Shown piece after piece: positions 26,443 through 40,708 of a stretch of 64,000 nucleotides of DNA. This DNA comes from Eledone cirrhosa (Eukaryota). The notes beneath the pieces were generated by a model that saw only the letters and a list, made by a program, of their open reading frames with translations, made no database searches and had not been told where the DNA came from. The position numbers and the translations under genes are program-made. Every line of letters starts with the position of its first letter. The first letter of the stretch is position 1. Location of the stretch: positions 52,018,001 through 52,082,000 of the forward strand of contig OZ024740.1 of assembly GCA_964016885.1 (NCBI GenBank), given 5' to 3'.

Positions 26443-28745
26443 TGGTGATACTGTAAATAGACAGGAACAAAGGAGATCACATTGGTTCATAAATTTGCTA
26501 AACGTAAAGTTTAAGATTTTGGTCAAAGAGTTTGGCGCTTGTCGAGGCACAGATTGGGCCGGCTCAGATCCATCCACAACAAATTTCCAACTATCTGACA
26601 GGTACCGATAAGATTTCCCGAATGTGCCAGTAGTCGATATAGATAGAACACGTAGACAGGGACCCGGTTACTGGAAGCTTAACGTGTCGTTTCGGGCGCG
26701 TAAAGTCTAGAGAATCCAGATTAGTACATTAGTTACGAAACAGTTGACAGGGGCAATCGTCCATAACAGGTGGCGATTCGCTCTCTCTCGAGAGAGAGAG
26801 CTTTTAGAGTAGAATCAATAGCTTTTAATAAATAATTAACAGAGCAGAGGTGGAGTTAGTAGATAAATTAGAAGAGAAGATGGGGTGTTGCATCGCTACG
26901 TATTATCTGCGACATTGACACTAGACCATTTCTTCAATGCGAAACATGAAGGCTGTATTGTTAGAACTAAGGTACGTGCTCTGAGAAACGAGGGAATGGA
27001 AGCTGTTATATGGACTCAAGTGCAGCATGGCAATAAAGACCCAGTCTTTGGCGGACCGAAATGGGTGCGTGCTGCTCGATTTCAAGTAGATGTATACACT
27101 TTTTCATTGGCACTTTGCACAACTGTTCGAAGAAAGTGGAAGTACAGAGATGGTGGCAGACTATAGTTCCTACCTCGTCGGTCAGCCACGTTTCTCGGCG
27201 GAAGATGTGGAGTGCTGTGAAAAGCCGATAACAGCACCCGAAATACAGTGACTGCACCTGGATTTGATGGGGCTCTGATCAATTTAGATCAATCGATCCT
27301 GTCTTCAGAGGCTGGATCGCTGCGATTCACAGTGGCATCTGCTCAGTGTTCAAAATAAATGGCCCCCATCGGAACCATTTCAGATCATGCGCTCGCTCCC
27401 TCAGGGATGCCCTTTCCTCTTTATTCTGTATATGTTGACTCTCGCATTAATACTGTGGAAGCTGGAGCTGTTGTCGAGCATCCTGCTCGAATCGGGACGT
27501 GGAAGGGCTGTGCTAGCATATGTCGACGACACTATCGTGATGGTGTCAAACACATCGGAAATCGAGATGATCGGCAACTTGTTAGAGGAATATGAAAAGT
27601 TTACGAATTTGCAGCTTGGTACCTGAGAAGCAAATCTATGATATTCAATAGTGTCGTCAGAAGCAGGGTGGACTGACCGGTCAAGTTACTTGGGGCCTGT
27701 TTTGGTCCGGACCTCCAGTGGATGTAACTGGGACGAGGTAACGAAACGGGTAGTCATTCTTACTCAGAAGTGAGTTGCGAAATGTCGGGTTGAGGTGGTG
27801 AACACGTACAACAATGGGGTCAGTGGAAATTCCACGTTTGTGTTCTATAGAAGACTAATCGTGGGCAAGTGCGAAGACGTTCGCTGGGAGACTCTAGGTA
27901 TCGTCGAGAACGAACTAGCCAGTCTGTTTAGGAAGACTTTCGGTCCGAGGGCCTATAGATAATCTCTAACAATCTCTGGCTTGGCAGTGTGCTACCATGG
28001 AGTACTGCGAGTTCAAGATAAACTCTACGGGCATGGAAGTGCTGTCCGACAGACCTATCCGGGATGCGCGACAGGAGATGAAGCCGTCCTGTATCCGAGT
28101 TTTGCTGACTTGTGGAGTTTTGTCAACCAGCTATTATCACGTGCAGAGCGGATCCGACTATCGACTGACTCTATCGTGAAGATCACCCACACCTTTTTTG
28201 GCCGGGAAGGGCAGACAGTTTTCCTATGTCTGTAGGCTATAGCAAAATAGGTTGTGTGGTGGACGCGGCCAAAAGGACTGAAGACAGACATTTCCCTCTT
28301 TGGTCAAGCCCTCATCAACTTTTTCAAGTTCTACTTCGATAGGAAGGTGAGGGTACAGAGGGAAATGTTTGCCCCCCCCCCCCCCCTCCTAGTACATTTG
28401 TCAAAAGGTGAGTGAATGTAGTGAGAATGGCCCGAGTTGATGGATCCACTCTGACCATGCGCCTATAGGCAGGAGAGTTTTGAGAGGAGAGGGGTAACTT
28501 TCTACGGTGCTCTTGAAGATTAGGGGTGTATGTGTGTGTGGGTGGGGGTTAGGATCTTTAGGGTTCCTAAGTTACTCCTTGGTGGTACAACCCACTGTTC
28601 GGGATTTTTCATTGTTATGATTATATTGTTTATTGTTATCTGTTTTATTTGTTGACACGCTTTCATCTTATTGTAAATCTTCACTGTCCCTGTCTTATAT
28701 ATTGTCCTACATGTTTCGGCCCTTGTAGCCAATAAAGAAAAAGAA
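26443..28745 (+). mobile_element. Older, deleted and rearranged L1/Tx1 LINE copy
   Basis: GPGYWKLN, DHFFNAKHEGCIVR, PQGCP, LAYVDDT and RLSTDSIVKI homologous to 15940-18920; AATAAA at ~28731. Confidence 0.85.
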
Positions 28746-28755
28746 TTGTTATTAT

Positions 28756-28955
28756 TGGTGGATTGGGAGTATCGGTAGAGGGTCGGACGCCATGCTTTGC
28801 AGCAAAGAGTTACGGCCTTTTATGGTTGAGTTCAAAACCCGCCGAGGTTAACTTTGCCTTTCATCCTTACGGAGTCGATAAAATAAAGTACCAGTAATGT
28901 ACTGGGTAATTGCTGGCCTTGTGCCTAAAGTAGAAACAATTATTATTATTATTAC
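28756..28955 (+). mobile_element. SINE family A
   Basis: Full copy with A/B boxes and (TTA)n tail. Confidence 0.85.
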
Positions 28956-29386
28956 TAAGGGCACTTAGATAGTCGGACAAAATGTTTCCCGGTAATTATT
29001 TACGGTCCTTTATTTTCTTTTATAACCCTTTAAACTGGTTGTATTTTCTACGATGTGAGGGTACTAACAATTTTATCCGAGGCGTAACCTCCGACTACCA
29101 AACATGGGACTTTCAAGCGAGACTCCAACTGAACTCCTGACAGCGAGACACGTTGCTTATTTGTAATAGTGCGCCGAGTCCATTTCTTTAATCTCCAAGG
29201 GGTGTTCACCACAACATTTTCTGAGTTAACTTTGCCTTTCATCCTTCCGGGACCGATGAAATAAAGTATCAATAAAAACTGGGTCGATATAAGCGACTTA
29301 CTATATTCCTGAAATTGCTGGCCTTTTGTTTAATTTAGAAAGGATTATTATGATGCTGTGAGTGTTAGAATATAATAAATACCTAC

Positions 29387-29508
29387 CGACAGTCTATACT
29401 TCTCCTCTTCGGTGGAATGCGCTGTTCAGTGATATGAACTGTGAGAAGAAGGATTGCAATCGTCCATACCAAACATTTCTGGTATGTTTTGGTGCACAGT
29501 TGTAACAT
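29387..29508 (-). CDS. elevenin: Elevenin/L11-type neuropeptide precursor, first coding exon (signal peptide, KRR site, start of mature peptide)
   Basis: Acceptor ttttattgcag precedes the exon start at 29535; ATG at 29508; reads MLQLCTKTYQKCLVWTIAILLLTVHITEQRIPPKRRSIDC+cg; donor gtaggt at 29386-29381 (phase 2). Hydrophobic signal-like stretch and basic cleavage site. Confidence 0.88.
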
Positions 29509-30374
29509 TGTTCTGGATTTAGTGTAAACTTGGTTCTGCAATAAAATAACACAATACACCTATATTAGTTGAGACAGTGCTAACACGATGTAGTGAGAAA
29601 TATGATTTATTGATTAATTTTAGCATAGAACGGTAGGGGAGACAATTACAACATTAATATTAATTAAAATAATTTATAGTTAAATGAGGGCATACAGTGG
29701 CGGAAAAGGTTTAACAACGATGTTCAAAGTACATGCCTATAGGTAATTTATCAATGTTTTTTTACAAATAGTTGTATACTTCCCCGGCTGAGCCAATAAC
29801 AAATAAGATGACACATTCCTTAAAGAACATATTTTAATTCAACCGATAAGCCGATGCGACTCTCTGGCTTTCAGTTCGTTTCAGCATAATAGGGAGTAAA
29901 TCTAGAAGTGTAAACTTAGATATAGATAATCTGGGATTGTTATGCATCTATATCATTCAAAAGCAATCAAGATGACTTGGTAGTTTATATCGCACTTCCG
30001 CTAATGGTTTTATTTGTTCATATAGTGGCGAGTAGACACAGGCATTTTCTCATCCCTATTACACTTGATCCAGCGGAATATTCAGGATGTCTGCTGAAGT
30101 AAAAGAGGGTTGCATCAACCCTAGTTGAAAGTTGTGGGCCTCAGCAGGATTTGAACTCAAAGAGCGACTATCGGAACACATTCTATCCTATGCGCTAACG
30201 ATTCTGTCAATCGACCATATTGGGAATATATTAAGATATAAATAATCTGTGAGTGTTATTTAATATAGAACAGCCTGGGAGTGTTACCTAAGATATAAAT
30301 AATCTGGGAGAGTTATTTAAGGTAGAGATAATCTTTCAACGTTATCTACAAACGCGGGTTATCTTTGATACTGT

Positions 30375-30630
30375 GCATGGCTTCTTTTCTCTGTCCTTGT
30401 GCCATATCACTATGCCTGGTCTATTATGTTTGCATTTTATTGTGGTTTTGGCTGCAACATTCCATCAATACTCTTTCATTATATATGCATATGCCTTCCA
30501 CATCACTATAACCTTTTATATTTTTATTCTCAGGACAATCCTTTCTACGGATTGCATTGCATATTGTCTTGGCTACTACATCATGCCTCATAGGTAGATT
30601 GTATCTTGATGACATCTTTGGACAGCTGCT
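30375..30630 (-). mobile_element. R4/Dong-like zinc-knuckle region fragment
   Basis: MSSRYNLPMRHDVVAKTICNAIR; next to (TATG)n. Confidence 0.7.
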
Positions 30631-30749
30631 TATGTATGTATGTATGTATGTATGTATGTATGTATGTATGTATGTATGTATGTATGTATGTATGTATGTA
30701 TGTATGTATGTATGTATGTATGTATTATGTATGTATGTATGTATGTTTG

Positions 30750-31700
30750 TATGTTTCTCTTTCTCTTAATTTCGAGTACATTTTAAACCGGCCACCTTCC
30801 TGGTGGCAAGGTTGTAAAAGAAAAGAAATTATCATCCCTTGAATTGCAAGAATGTTTTGCAAATTTTGAAGGTGGAGGGCCAGCTATCGCAGCCGTTTGT
30901 AGTCTATGAATTAGGGAGCTTCGCTCTTTGTCCGCAAATCCAAGATCAGTTATACTTTGGTCCAAGCGTGCTGGTATATAACCTGCAGCTCTAATAATGG
31001 TGGGCATGAAGCTGAAGGTGTATCTTGGACACTGGATCTGCAAACTCCTCATCAATGGTCCGTAGATGTCCTTCTTCTCTTGTATTTTTCTTACAACGCT
31101 GACATCAAGTGGGCAGCTGATTTCTACAACAGAGCACGTTTTCAATGTGTGGTCCCAAACAACAACATCAGGCCGGTTGTGCTTTAATTTGGTGGCAATT
31201 TTTATTTTCAGGTTCCATCAGTATTCTTTAGTGCCATCTATCTCAACATATTCCTCCTCATTTGTTTTTAATTTTGTTTTCCTAATTGCGCTCCAGATGG
31301 TTCTAGTTATCACATCGTGTCACATAGGGAGGTAGTAGCGAGACGACATTCTTTCGCAGTTGACAATAATGTGGCTAACATCTTCCATCTTTGTTTTAGT
31401 ATATGTGTGAGCAGTTATGATAGTGGGTTTAGTGAGAGGATGAAAGGTGCCTTTCTGGTTGTGTATTATATCAGTCTTAATTTGTCCCTTCTCACCCCTA
31501 AGGAGCAAATTGGTGTACCAGTTCTTGGTCAGGCGTTTAGCAGCAGCTACTAGTGGTTGTGGGACTTTGGCTAACTGTAAAGTCTTAATAATCCACCCAT
31601 GAAGTACACTATCAAAAGCCTTCTGATAGTTCAGTTACACCACAGTCATGTTGCTGCGATTCTTTGCTGTTTTTTTCTGTATCATTTTATTTGTTAGTAT
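30750..31700 (-). mobile_element. R4/Dong-like LINE, deleted 3' portion
   Basis: YQKAFDSVLHGWI, HIIVNCERMSSRYYLPM, KHNRPDVVVW and VVEISCPLD...EKKDIYGPL; (CATA)n flanks. Confidence 0.8.
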
Positions 31701-31844
31701 GTATGTATGTATTAGGCCGCTTAAGTCAAAATCATTATTCTCGTAAATTTCAGCAAATTCAAACTGAATTTTTTTTAAAATCCTAAATTACTTCCGTGTT
31801 ATATGATTTTGCAATATTACTAATTTGAGATGACATGAATAGTG

Positions 31845-31995
31845 GTATAGTGTGGTTTACTGTGGTGTATTGTGGTGTATTGTGGTGTGGTGTATTGTGG
31901 TGTGGTGTATTGTGGTGTATTGTGGTCCGATGTATAGTATTATAGTGTGCTGTGGTATGGGGTGTAGTGTGATGTGATGTATTAGAATGTGGCAT
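31845..31995. repeat. Degenerate pentanucleotide (GTGGT/GTATT) repeat
   Basis: Visible tgtggtgtattgtggtg iterations. Confidence 0.8.
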
Positions 31996-32343
31996 ACTGT
32001 AGTCTGGCGTTTTGTGTGCTGTTTGTACTGTGTTTTTGTGATATATTTATGTTACTATAAAGAAATATTCAATATTCAGAGAATAGCTCGAAGAGTAAAT
32101 TTAAATATAGAAAAGAAAGAAACCTAATTTGTCTAAATAAGAGCTTTAAAATATTCATGTAGAAATCAGCTAAACGCATCAACGTTTTCAAATAATAAAC
32201 CTTTCAAAGAAGAATGCTGATATATATTTCCCGAGGAAATACTAATAGTTTCCTAACACGTTTTTCTTACACGTTTATCAAAGTGAAAGATCTATAAAGC
32301 TATAACAATGTATAACACACACACACACAACCAAATATACATA

Positions 32344-32491
<148 letters not shown>

Positions 32492-32807
32492 AAAACATCT
32501 ATATTTCTAAGAACTTTTACTTGAGTAGACTGTGATCTTCGGATTATGAAGTTATTATTTTGTGATTCTATTTTCTATTGAAAACTCAATTTCTGCTCAG
32601 GTAAATTTTAAGTAATTTACTCACGAAAAATGAGTTTCATTTCAAATTTTGTGACACAATATTCCGAAAATTTATCTTGCACATCAAATTAAGAAAGAAC
32701 GAAAAATTTGAGTTGCTTAAATGATTAAACCCTCACGCAGACACACCCGCACCCACACCCACACATAAAACACACGCATACGTACTTATGTTTGTGCGCA
32801 TACATAC

Positions 32808-32901
<94 letters not shown>

Positions 32902-33109
32902 TATATATATATGTAGATAGATAGCGATAGATAGAGATAGATATATACATATATATATACATATATACACATACACACACATCTGTATATATATATACAT
33001 ATATATACATATATATACATATATATACATATATACACACACATATATATATATATGTGTATATAATTATATGTATGTGTGTATATGTATATATACATAT
33101 GTGTATATT

Positions 33110-33148
<39 letters not shown>

Positions 33149-33208
33149 ATATATATATATATATATGTATATATGTATATATATATGTGTATGTATATAT
33201 ACATATAT

Positions 33209-33356
33209 ATGGTGGCTGCCAACTCGTTTTCGAGTACGGCCACTACTTTATATCCATGTAAGAGAATCCCTACCGATGCGCTGAACGAGTGTGACTTTTT
33301 AGTCCAGCTAGCGACTTGAAAACTCTGGTACAAACACTACACCTGTGACAATTATT
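33209..33356 (-). mobile_element. RTE-derived bipartite element 3' end
   Basis: Matches the reverse complement of 515-660. Confidence 0.8.
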
Positions 33357-33389
33357 GTGTATGTATTGTGTATGTATATATACATACAC

Positions 33390-33778
33390 ATATACAAAGG
33401 ACGGAAGAGCCCAGGAGAGTCAACGGCCATCCAATAAAATCTTTTCTTTGTGGAGCGATTGACTCCTAGGAGAAGGTCAATCTGATATAAAACTTGCGAC
33501 TTATTTGCATCCAATAATGTAGACCAGTTCTGCTTTTGAAGCAAATGCATTCGATGTTCAGAGAATGGAATTGGCTCCGTAAAAAGATTTTCCTTATTTA
33601 AAAAACTTCAAGCACAGCGTCGCTTGATATGTGATATTTTTTGCGATGCATGGTATTGTTGCATATTGCCATATGCAAGTCCCCCCCAAGACTAACAATC
33701 CACGCCCACAAAGCTCATGCTTAAGTATCTAGCGATGGCATTTATTCGAAATAGAGCTGCAGCCAACATCATCATCAT
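33390..33778 (+). mobile_element. Second RTE-derived bipartite family
   Basis: ctaggagaaggtcaatctgatataa 5' motif; 3' end ttcgaaatagagctgcagccaacatc resembles ctcgaaaacgagttggcagccaccat. Confidence 0.55.
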
Positions 33779-33805
33779 ATATATTTATGCATATATATAT
33801 ATATG

Positions 33806-33950
<145 letters not shown>

Positions 33951-34059
33951 GTGTATGTGTGTGTGTGTGTGTGTAGATCCCGCGTAAATTCGGGAGTAAC
34001 CACAGTTAAAAAAAAGGTACTCAATACATAAGTAGACTGTAAACATCATTACTTAATAT

Positions 34060-34226
34060 AGGCGGTGGATTGGCCGTATCGGTAGAGGGTCGGACGCCAT
34101 GCTTTGCAGCACAGTTACGTCCCTTTACGGACTGACTTCAAATCCCGCAGAGGTTAACTTTGCCACTCATCCTTACGGGGTCGATAAAATAAAGTACCAG
34201 TAATACACTGGGATAATTGCTGGCCA
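34060..34226 (+). mobile_element. SINE family A, 3'-truncated
   Basis: A/B boxes and central domain; ends at the palindrome. Confidence 0.8.
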
Positions 34227-34360
34227 TTTTCTTTTCCGTTTACCAATATATCATAACTCGTGTGTTACACCTCTATTCTTTAAAATATATATATATATAT
34301 TTAAAAGAATAGAGGTGTAACACACGAGTTATGATATATTGGTAAACGGAAAAAAAAATG
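34224..34360. repeat. (TA)n-centred palindrome
   Basis: ccatttt...ttccgtttaccaat...(ta)n...attggtaaacggaa...aaaatgg. Confidence 0.9.
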
Positions 34361-34558
34361 GTGACAAATATATATATATATATTACCCTAGCGTCCCCTT
34401 TATTTACGTGTCCCAAGGACTTTTTTTAGCCGTTGCTCGCACCAACCTGAGGTATATGGCCTTTAAAGCGATGAAATGCCTGTGACGGTTGGAAGGCCAC
34501 TGATGAAGGACAAACTTTTTCATATGTAACCCATTTGCAACACCGCAGCTCCATTATT

Positions 34559-34594
<36 letters not shown>

Positions 34595-34754
34595 TAAATA
34601 TACACGGGTGTGTATGATTGTGTATAGAAGATTATATTAATAAGAGGAATTCCAACTTTGTCTGATTTACTCGTTTTATTTACAATCGTTTAAAATATAT
34701 ATAATGGTATTATAATGAAATAGTATGATAGAATATTAAATTCTAAGTGTTAAT

Positions 34755-34793
34755 TGAACAAGTACTTTCATGCTTTCGCAATCTTCAGGTTCA
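34755..34793 (-). ncRNA. Mirror-image copy of hammerhead H3
   Basis: Exact reverse complement of 34883-34921. Confidence 0.78.
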
Positions 34794-34882
34794 TGATATG
34801 TGGTTACAGTCGAGTTTGCAATTTTCAACTGTTGCAATTTTCAACAGTTGAAAATTGCAAACTCGACTGTCACCACATATCA

Positions 34883-34921
34883 TGAACCTGAAGATTGCGA
34901 AAGCATGAAAGTACTTGTTCA
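34883..34921 (+). ncRNA. Minimal type-I hammerhead ribozyme (H3)
   Basis: ugaac CUGAAGA u-ugc-GAAA-gca-u GAAA guac UU guuca; palindromic stem III AGUACU. Confidence 0.8.
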
Positions 34922-35035
34922 ATTAACACTTAGAATTTAATATTCTATCATACTATTTCATTATAATACCATTATATATATTTTAAAGGATTGTAAATAA
35001 AACGAGTAAATCAGACAAAGTTGGAATTCCTCTTA

Positions 35036-35397
<362 letters not shown>

Positions 35398-35454
35398 TTA
35401 CGTAAGTCGACCAATCACATTATTTGTTGCAGTTTCATATATATATATATATAG

Positions 35455-36713
35455 CACACCGTGTCAACATTTTAATACATGTTTTAGTACTAACATGGCT
35501 GCCATTTCAAGCGAAACGCATAAATATCATCCTTCTTCACGAGGAAGGCTATTCCCAGCGCCAAATATTTGTACTTTTGGGTATATCTAAGACTGGTGGT
35601 CAAAAAATACTTGCCCGTAATGCAACAAAAAGCACTCTTATCTCAAACAAGCGACATGGAAGACAAAGCAAGATAAGTGTTCCAACAGATCACGTGATAC
35701 GCCGACTTGCAGTGTTAAAAGATCACATGATACGTCGACTTGCAGTGTCAAAAGATCACATGATACGCCGACTTGTAGTGTCAAATCTAACTGCTTCCAA
35801 CTCATATATCCAAGCCCAGCTTCTTCAGCACACAAACATATCATCTTCTACCGTCCGACGACGCTGTGTTAAGACTTTAATCTTCGGGCTTTTAAGACAG
35901 CTGCCAAACCTCAACTTTCAAATAAAAGCATCAAGGACCGTCTGTTGTTCTGCAACACTTATTGTCATTGGACTGCTGTTTAATGGAGTGAGGTAATGTT
36001 TAGTGATGAAACATTAATTAGACAATTTGTACCTTATAATCACCATGTAAGCAGACCACCTGGAGAGCGTTATAATTGTCGTTATGTCAAACCAACAGTT
36101 AAACATTCACAATCATTGATGGTCTAAGTATCAATAAAGCATAAATGGACGAGCTGCTGCACTGACCATAATTCCGGCAGGTAAAACTGTAAATGCAAAC
36201 ATATATTTGGAAATCATACGTGAAAAGGTCCCATTATGGATGGAGAGGCATAGTTGCAAGATATATCAACAAGATGGTACTCCTTGCCATAACCAATTTT
36301 TTCCAGAATCTGGTACTGAAGTGCTGGCACGTTGACCAGGTTCAAGTCCTGACTTAAACCCAATTGAAAACTGTTGGAAATTGATGAAAGATAAAGTTGC
36401 CAAGCTAAATCCCAGTTCAATTACTGATTTACAACAAAGAATTCTTGCTGTATGAACACAACATATTACTCCTAAATATTGTGCCTCCTTGGTGGAATCA
36501 ATGTCTCGCAGAATTGCTGCAGTAATTGTTGCTAAAGGTCACCAAACAAAATACTAATTTGGAATAGACAATTTATAGCATAATGCTTTGTGTTGTTTGT
36601 AATAATATGCTATTTTTATCTAATAATTGTACTTTGTTCAATAATAACCTAACCTAATAAAATTATTGGGTGGGGTGGGGGGTGGGGGGGTCTCTGAATT
36701 ATGTACAACACTG
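35455..36713 (+). mobile_element. Degraded Tc1 transposon
   Basis: HTH EGYSQRQI...ISSSTVRRR, then VMFSDET, PTVKH, QQDGTPCH, SPDLNPIENCW, SMSRRIAAVIVAKGHQTKY; right end cactg-TA; 33-bp x3 internal tandem at ~35688-35785. Confidence 0.88.
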
Positions 36714-36801
36714 TATATATATATCGGAGGTAGGGTCGAATGTTATAGTTATTTTTTGCGTTTGCGACTCTCACATTTTCAAATGTCAACGCCTCTCAGC
36801 G

Positions 36802-36851
<50 letters not shown>

Positions 36852-37189
36852 TTGCGGTATTGGTTCCTGCTCTTTTTGTGCATGGAACGTAACTCTATGA
36901 GGAGGTACGGGAGGCACCATAATGTCATACAGCGTACCTTAGGAACTTCAAAGCTGGCGGAACCCATCCCCTATACAAGTCTGGACACAACCGACTTCAT
37001 CCAGAGAATGAGAGAGAGAAAATGGAAGGGAGATAGGGTGGGAGAAAGATATATATAGAGGAAGAATCGAAACCATTACTGGACTGGTATTTTTTTCGAT
37101 CTCGAAAGGATAAAAGACAACACACGTTTTCAAATAAGAAATCTTGCAAAACAAATACAAAAACATATAAAAACATATATACAAAAAAA

Positions 37190-37270
<81 letters not shown>

Positions 37271-37277
<7 letters not shown>

Positions 37278-37481
37278 GTGAGATTTTTTTTACAAAATGA
37301 AAAATAACCGAGGTGTCCTACACGAGTGAAAGTATAAAGAAAAAGAGATGAAATCGAAAATGCAACTGGAGTCTTATTTTTTTTAAAAATATATATATTT
37401 ATTTGGTTCCTTTACCGGTTTCGCAGTTCTTCTGCTTTTCAAAAGGTGAGTTGAGATGGAGGGTCTGTGGTTTTTCTCACA
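37271..37481 (-). mobile_element. Family H4 element in (TA)n, containing a hammerhead at 37409-37446
   Basis: Nearly identical to 40354-40564 and 56194-56404. Confidence 0.8.
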
Positions 37482-37702
37482 TTCTCTCTCTCTCTATATA
37501 TATATATATATTCTTTTTTTGTATATATGTTTTTATATATGTTTTTGTATTTGTTTTGCAAGATTTCTTATCTGAAAACGTGTGTTGAAACAGATACTTT
37601 GGAAGGGTTATTCTGCCAATTAAAACACACACACCTGTTGGTTTTCACTTCACAAAAGCAAGATGGTGTAGGGAAGAACAAAGGAGGGACACAAAATAAC
37701 AA

Positions 37703-37752
37703 ATTAGTCACTGAGGAGGTCACATAATGTGTGACGAAAGATCTTTGACAAT
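37703..37752 (+). ncRNA. Minimal type-I hammerhead ribozyme (H5)
   Basis: auuaguca CUGAGGA g-gucaca-uaaug-ugugac GAAA gauc UU ugacaau; palindrome AGAUCU; flanked by an inverted repeat (~37595-37652 / ~37806-37868). Confidence 0.75.
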
Positions 37753-38417
37753 AAATAAACAACCATCCGGTTAATAAACCAATCAACTGGAAATTTGTAA
37801 TAAACTGAAGTGAAAACCAACAGGTGCGTGTGTTTATATTGGCAGCATATGGCAATCCCAAAGTATGACAATATATATATATATATATATATAATTCAGC
37901 GAGAATCGTATTTCGGCTGGTAGAAAAGCGAAACGAAACGCAAAATCGTAGAAATCCTGGCAAGCGCTCAATAGTTAAAAAACCAGAGTTAAACAATATG
38001 TTAAAACGCCATACAAACTGAAAAAGTGGTTAAGAAGGCATTAACCACCTAAGCCAAAAAACAAATCAAGCTAAACAGGTCAAACAAAATAAATGATAAG
38101 AACCTGAACGCAATTGGAACTGGTGGTAAAATCCAAATGCAGGGTTTCTATGACACCTAAATCAATAATACTGTCTGCCTAAAACTATAAGCTTTCAACA
38201 TAAAGATCGAACAAAGAATATCACGTTATCAACAGGTAATTCTGGTCTGTAACCAACTTTGCGAGTGACGCAGAGCATAGTAAACGCACATGCGTAAGTC
38301 ACAATATATATATTAGTGAAACCGTCGGTAACGGCAATAGAGCAGGTGAATATTTAAATCGTTTTTTAATTTATTTAAAAGATTGTTTGATGATTACTTG
38401 TTCCGCTCATTTATATA

Positions 38418-38587
<170 letters not shown>

Positions 38588-38775
38588 AGTAAAAATTAGC
38601 GAGAGTCGAATTTCAGCCTATGAAATAACGAAAAACACTTTAGAACTGTGAGGCAAGCGCTCAATAATTTAAAAGAATTAGAGCTTACAGCTTACGTTAA
38701 AGGCCACACTGAGATGGTGGTTAAACTAATTATACCACACAGCGACTAATTATATATATATATATATATATAATT

Positions 38776-39880
38776 AGTGGCTTGGTTCGCCCCGGAGGCC
38801 CGGAGCGCGGCCGGTTTTTTAACCGCCACATAGTACCTTTAAATTACAGATCAAATCAGAACTATTAGATATATCAACCTTAAAATGTTAAACTGTTTAA
38901 CTTTAAATTTTCTAATTTCTTTAATATTAAATATTAATTATTAACTTTTAACTTCATCCTATAAGTCTAAACAAAAACGTAACGTTCCAGTCTTCTGCTC
39001 ACACATTATAACACACTGACCCCCACTATATTTACCTCTGCTAAGATACGGGTCTCTGTGAACATTTTTTCGCGCCACTCCTGACCTGACTGTAGTCTGA
39101 CATTAATATCGACCTTTCTTCCTCTTTCTTTCTATCTTTCGTCTTGTAGCCATCAACCCTGACTTTTCTACTTCCTCCTTTTAATTAACGTTTCTTCACA
39201 AAAGACTCTCTTTAACTAAACCCCGCAACCTAAAACCTTAAAAAAGTTTTTTTAAATGTTTAATTTTCAATTTTCTGTTTGTTCAATTATCAATCTTCTT
39301 ACTATTTAATTTTATGTTATTCTGAATTCTTTCAACTTCATCCTATAAATTTAAACAGTATTTTAACGTTCCAACTTTCTGTCGGACTGTTGGGTGGGTT
39401 TTCCTGGTGGCGGGACCGGCCCCCTGGTGCATAGGCCTACCTTGAGTGCTTGGAAAAATAAATTTCCCCTTCTTTCGGTAAATGAAACTACTCGGAGTGG
39501 TCTGGTTCGCCCCGAGGGCCCGGAGCGCGGCCGGTTTTTTAACCGCCACATAATACCTTTAAATTACGGATCAAATCAGAACTATTAGATATATCAACCT
39601 TAAAATGTTAAACTGTTTAACTTTAAATTTTCTAATTTCTTTGATATTGAATATTAATTATTAATTTTTAACTTCATCCTATAAGTCTAAACAAAAACGT
39701 AACGTTCCAATCTTCTGCTCACACATTATAACACACTGACCCCCACTATATTTACCTCTGCTAAGATACGGGTCTCTGTGAACATTTTTTCGCGCCACTC
39801 CTGGCCTGACATTAATACCGACCTTTCCTCCTCTTTCTTTCTGTCTTTCTTCTTATAGCTGACATTAACCCTGGCTTCTC
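38776..39880. repeat. Direct repeat of ~390 bp with 720-bp period, probable LINE-derived tandem
   Basis: agtgg..tggttcgcccc...aaccgccaca at 38776 and 39496; near identity continues for ~390 bp. Confidence 0.85.
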
Positions 39881-40136
39881 TTCTTCTTTCTTCCCCCTTC
39901 TTCTCTCTTCTTCCTTTCTTTCTTTCTTTTTTCTTGTGGCATGAGATTAACGCTAACTTATGTTCCCATCCCTTTCTGTTTTCCTTTATCTGACCGGTAG
40001 TAGCACACTGTAAGCTTTAGCCACGTCATGCGAGAGCGACCGGCAAAGGTAGAAGGTGCTGGAAAGCGGTCGCCCTCGGGTCCTCGATTTTCAGCCCCAT
40101 GGATTTTATCTATTACATTCACGTATTATATTTCGA

Positions 40137-40194
40137 ATACCTTATGATATCACCGGATTCATACGGAACCCGGTCATTGAAATGATCATAGTAT
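40137..40194 (+). ncRNA. Degenerate hammerhead (H6)
   Basis: auac CUUAUGA ...accggauuc-auacg-gaacccggu... GAAA ugauca UA guau; core G5 is mutated. Confidence 0.5.
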
Positions 40195-40279
40195 AATAAA
40201 CCTTTCAAGGATTTACACAAATCCAGCCTCCTGTCATTTCATTATATGACCAGCTCTATCCAGTGGTGAACCTCAAACC

Positions 40280-40360
<81 letters not shown>

Positions 40361-40415
40361 GTGAGGTTTTTTTTACAAAATGAAAAATAACCGAGGTGTC
40401 CTACACGAGTGGAAG

Positions 40416-40708
40416 TATAAAGAAAAAGGGATGAAATCGAAAATGCAACTGAAGTCTTATTTTTTTTAAAAATATATATATTTATTTGGTTCCTTTACCG
40501 GTTTCGCAGTTCTTCTGCTTTTCAAAAGGTGAGTTGAGATGGAGGGTCTGTGGTTTTTCTCACATCTGTGAGAAAAACCACAGACCCTCCATCTCAACTC
40601 ACCTTTTGAAAAGCAGAAGAACTGCGAAACCGGTAAAGGAACCAAATAAATATATATATTTTTTAAAAAAATAAGACTTCAGTTGCATTTTCGATTTCAT
40701 CCCTTTTT

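Noticed and set aside
32546-32606. Signal-peptide-like [18 protein letters not shown] before gtaaat on the plus strand
   Set aside because: Requires deleting one base; no downstream exons found.
34440-34515. ctgaggt...gaaa and ctgatgaagg motifs
   Set aside because: Could not assemble stem II and stem III with a valid cleavage triplet.
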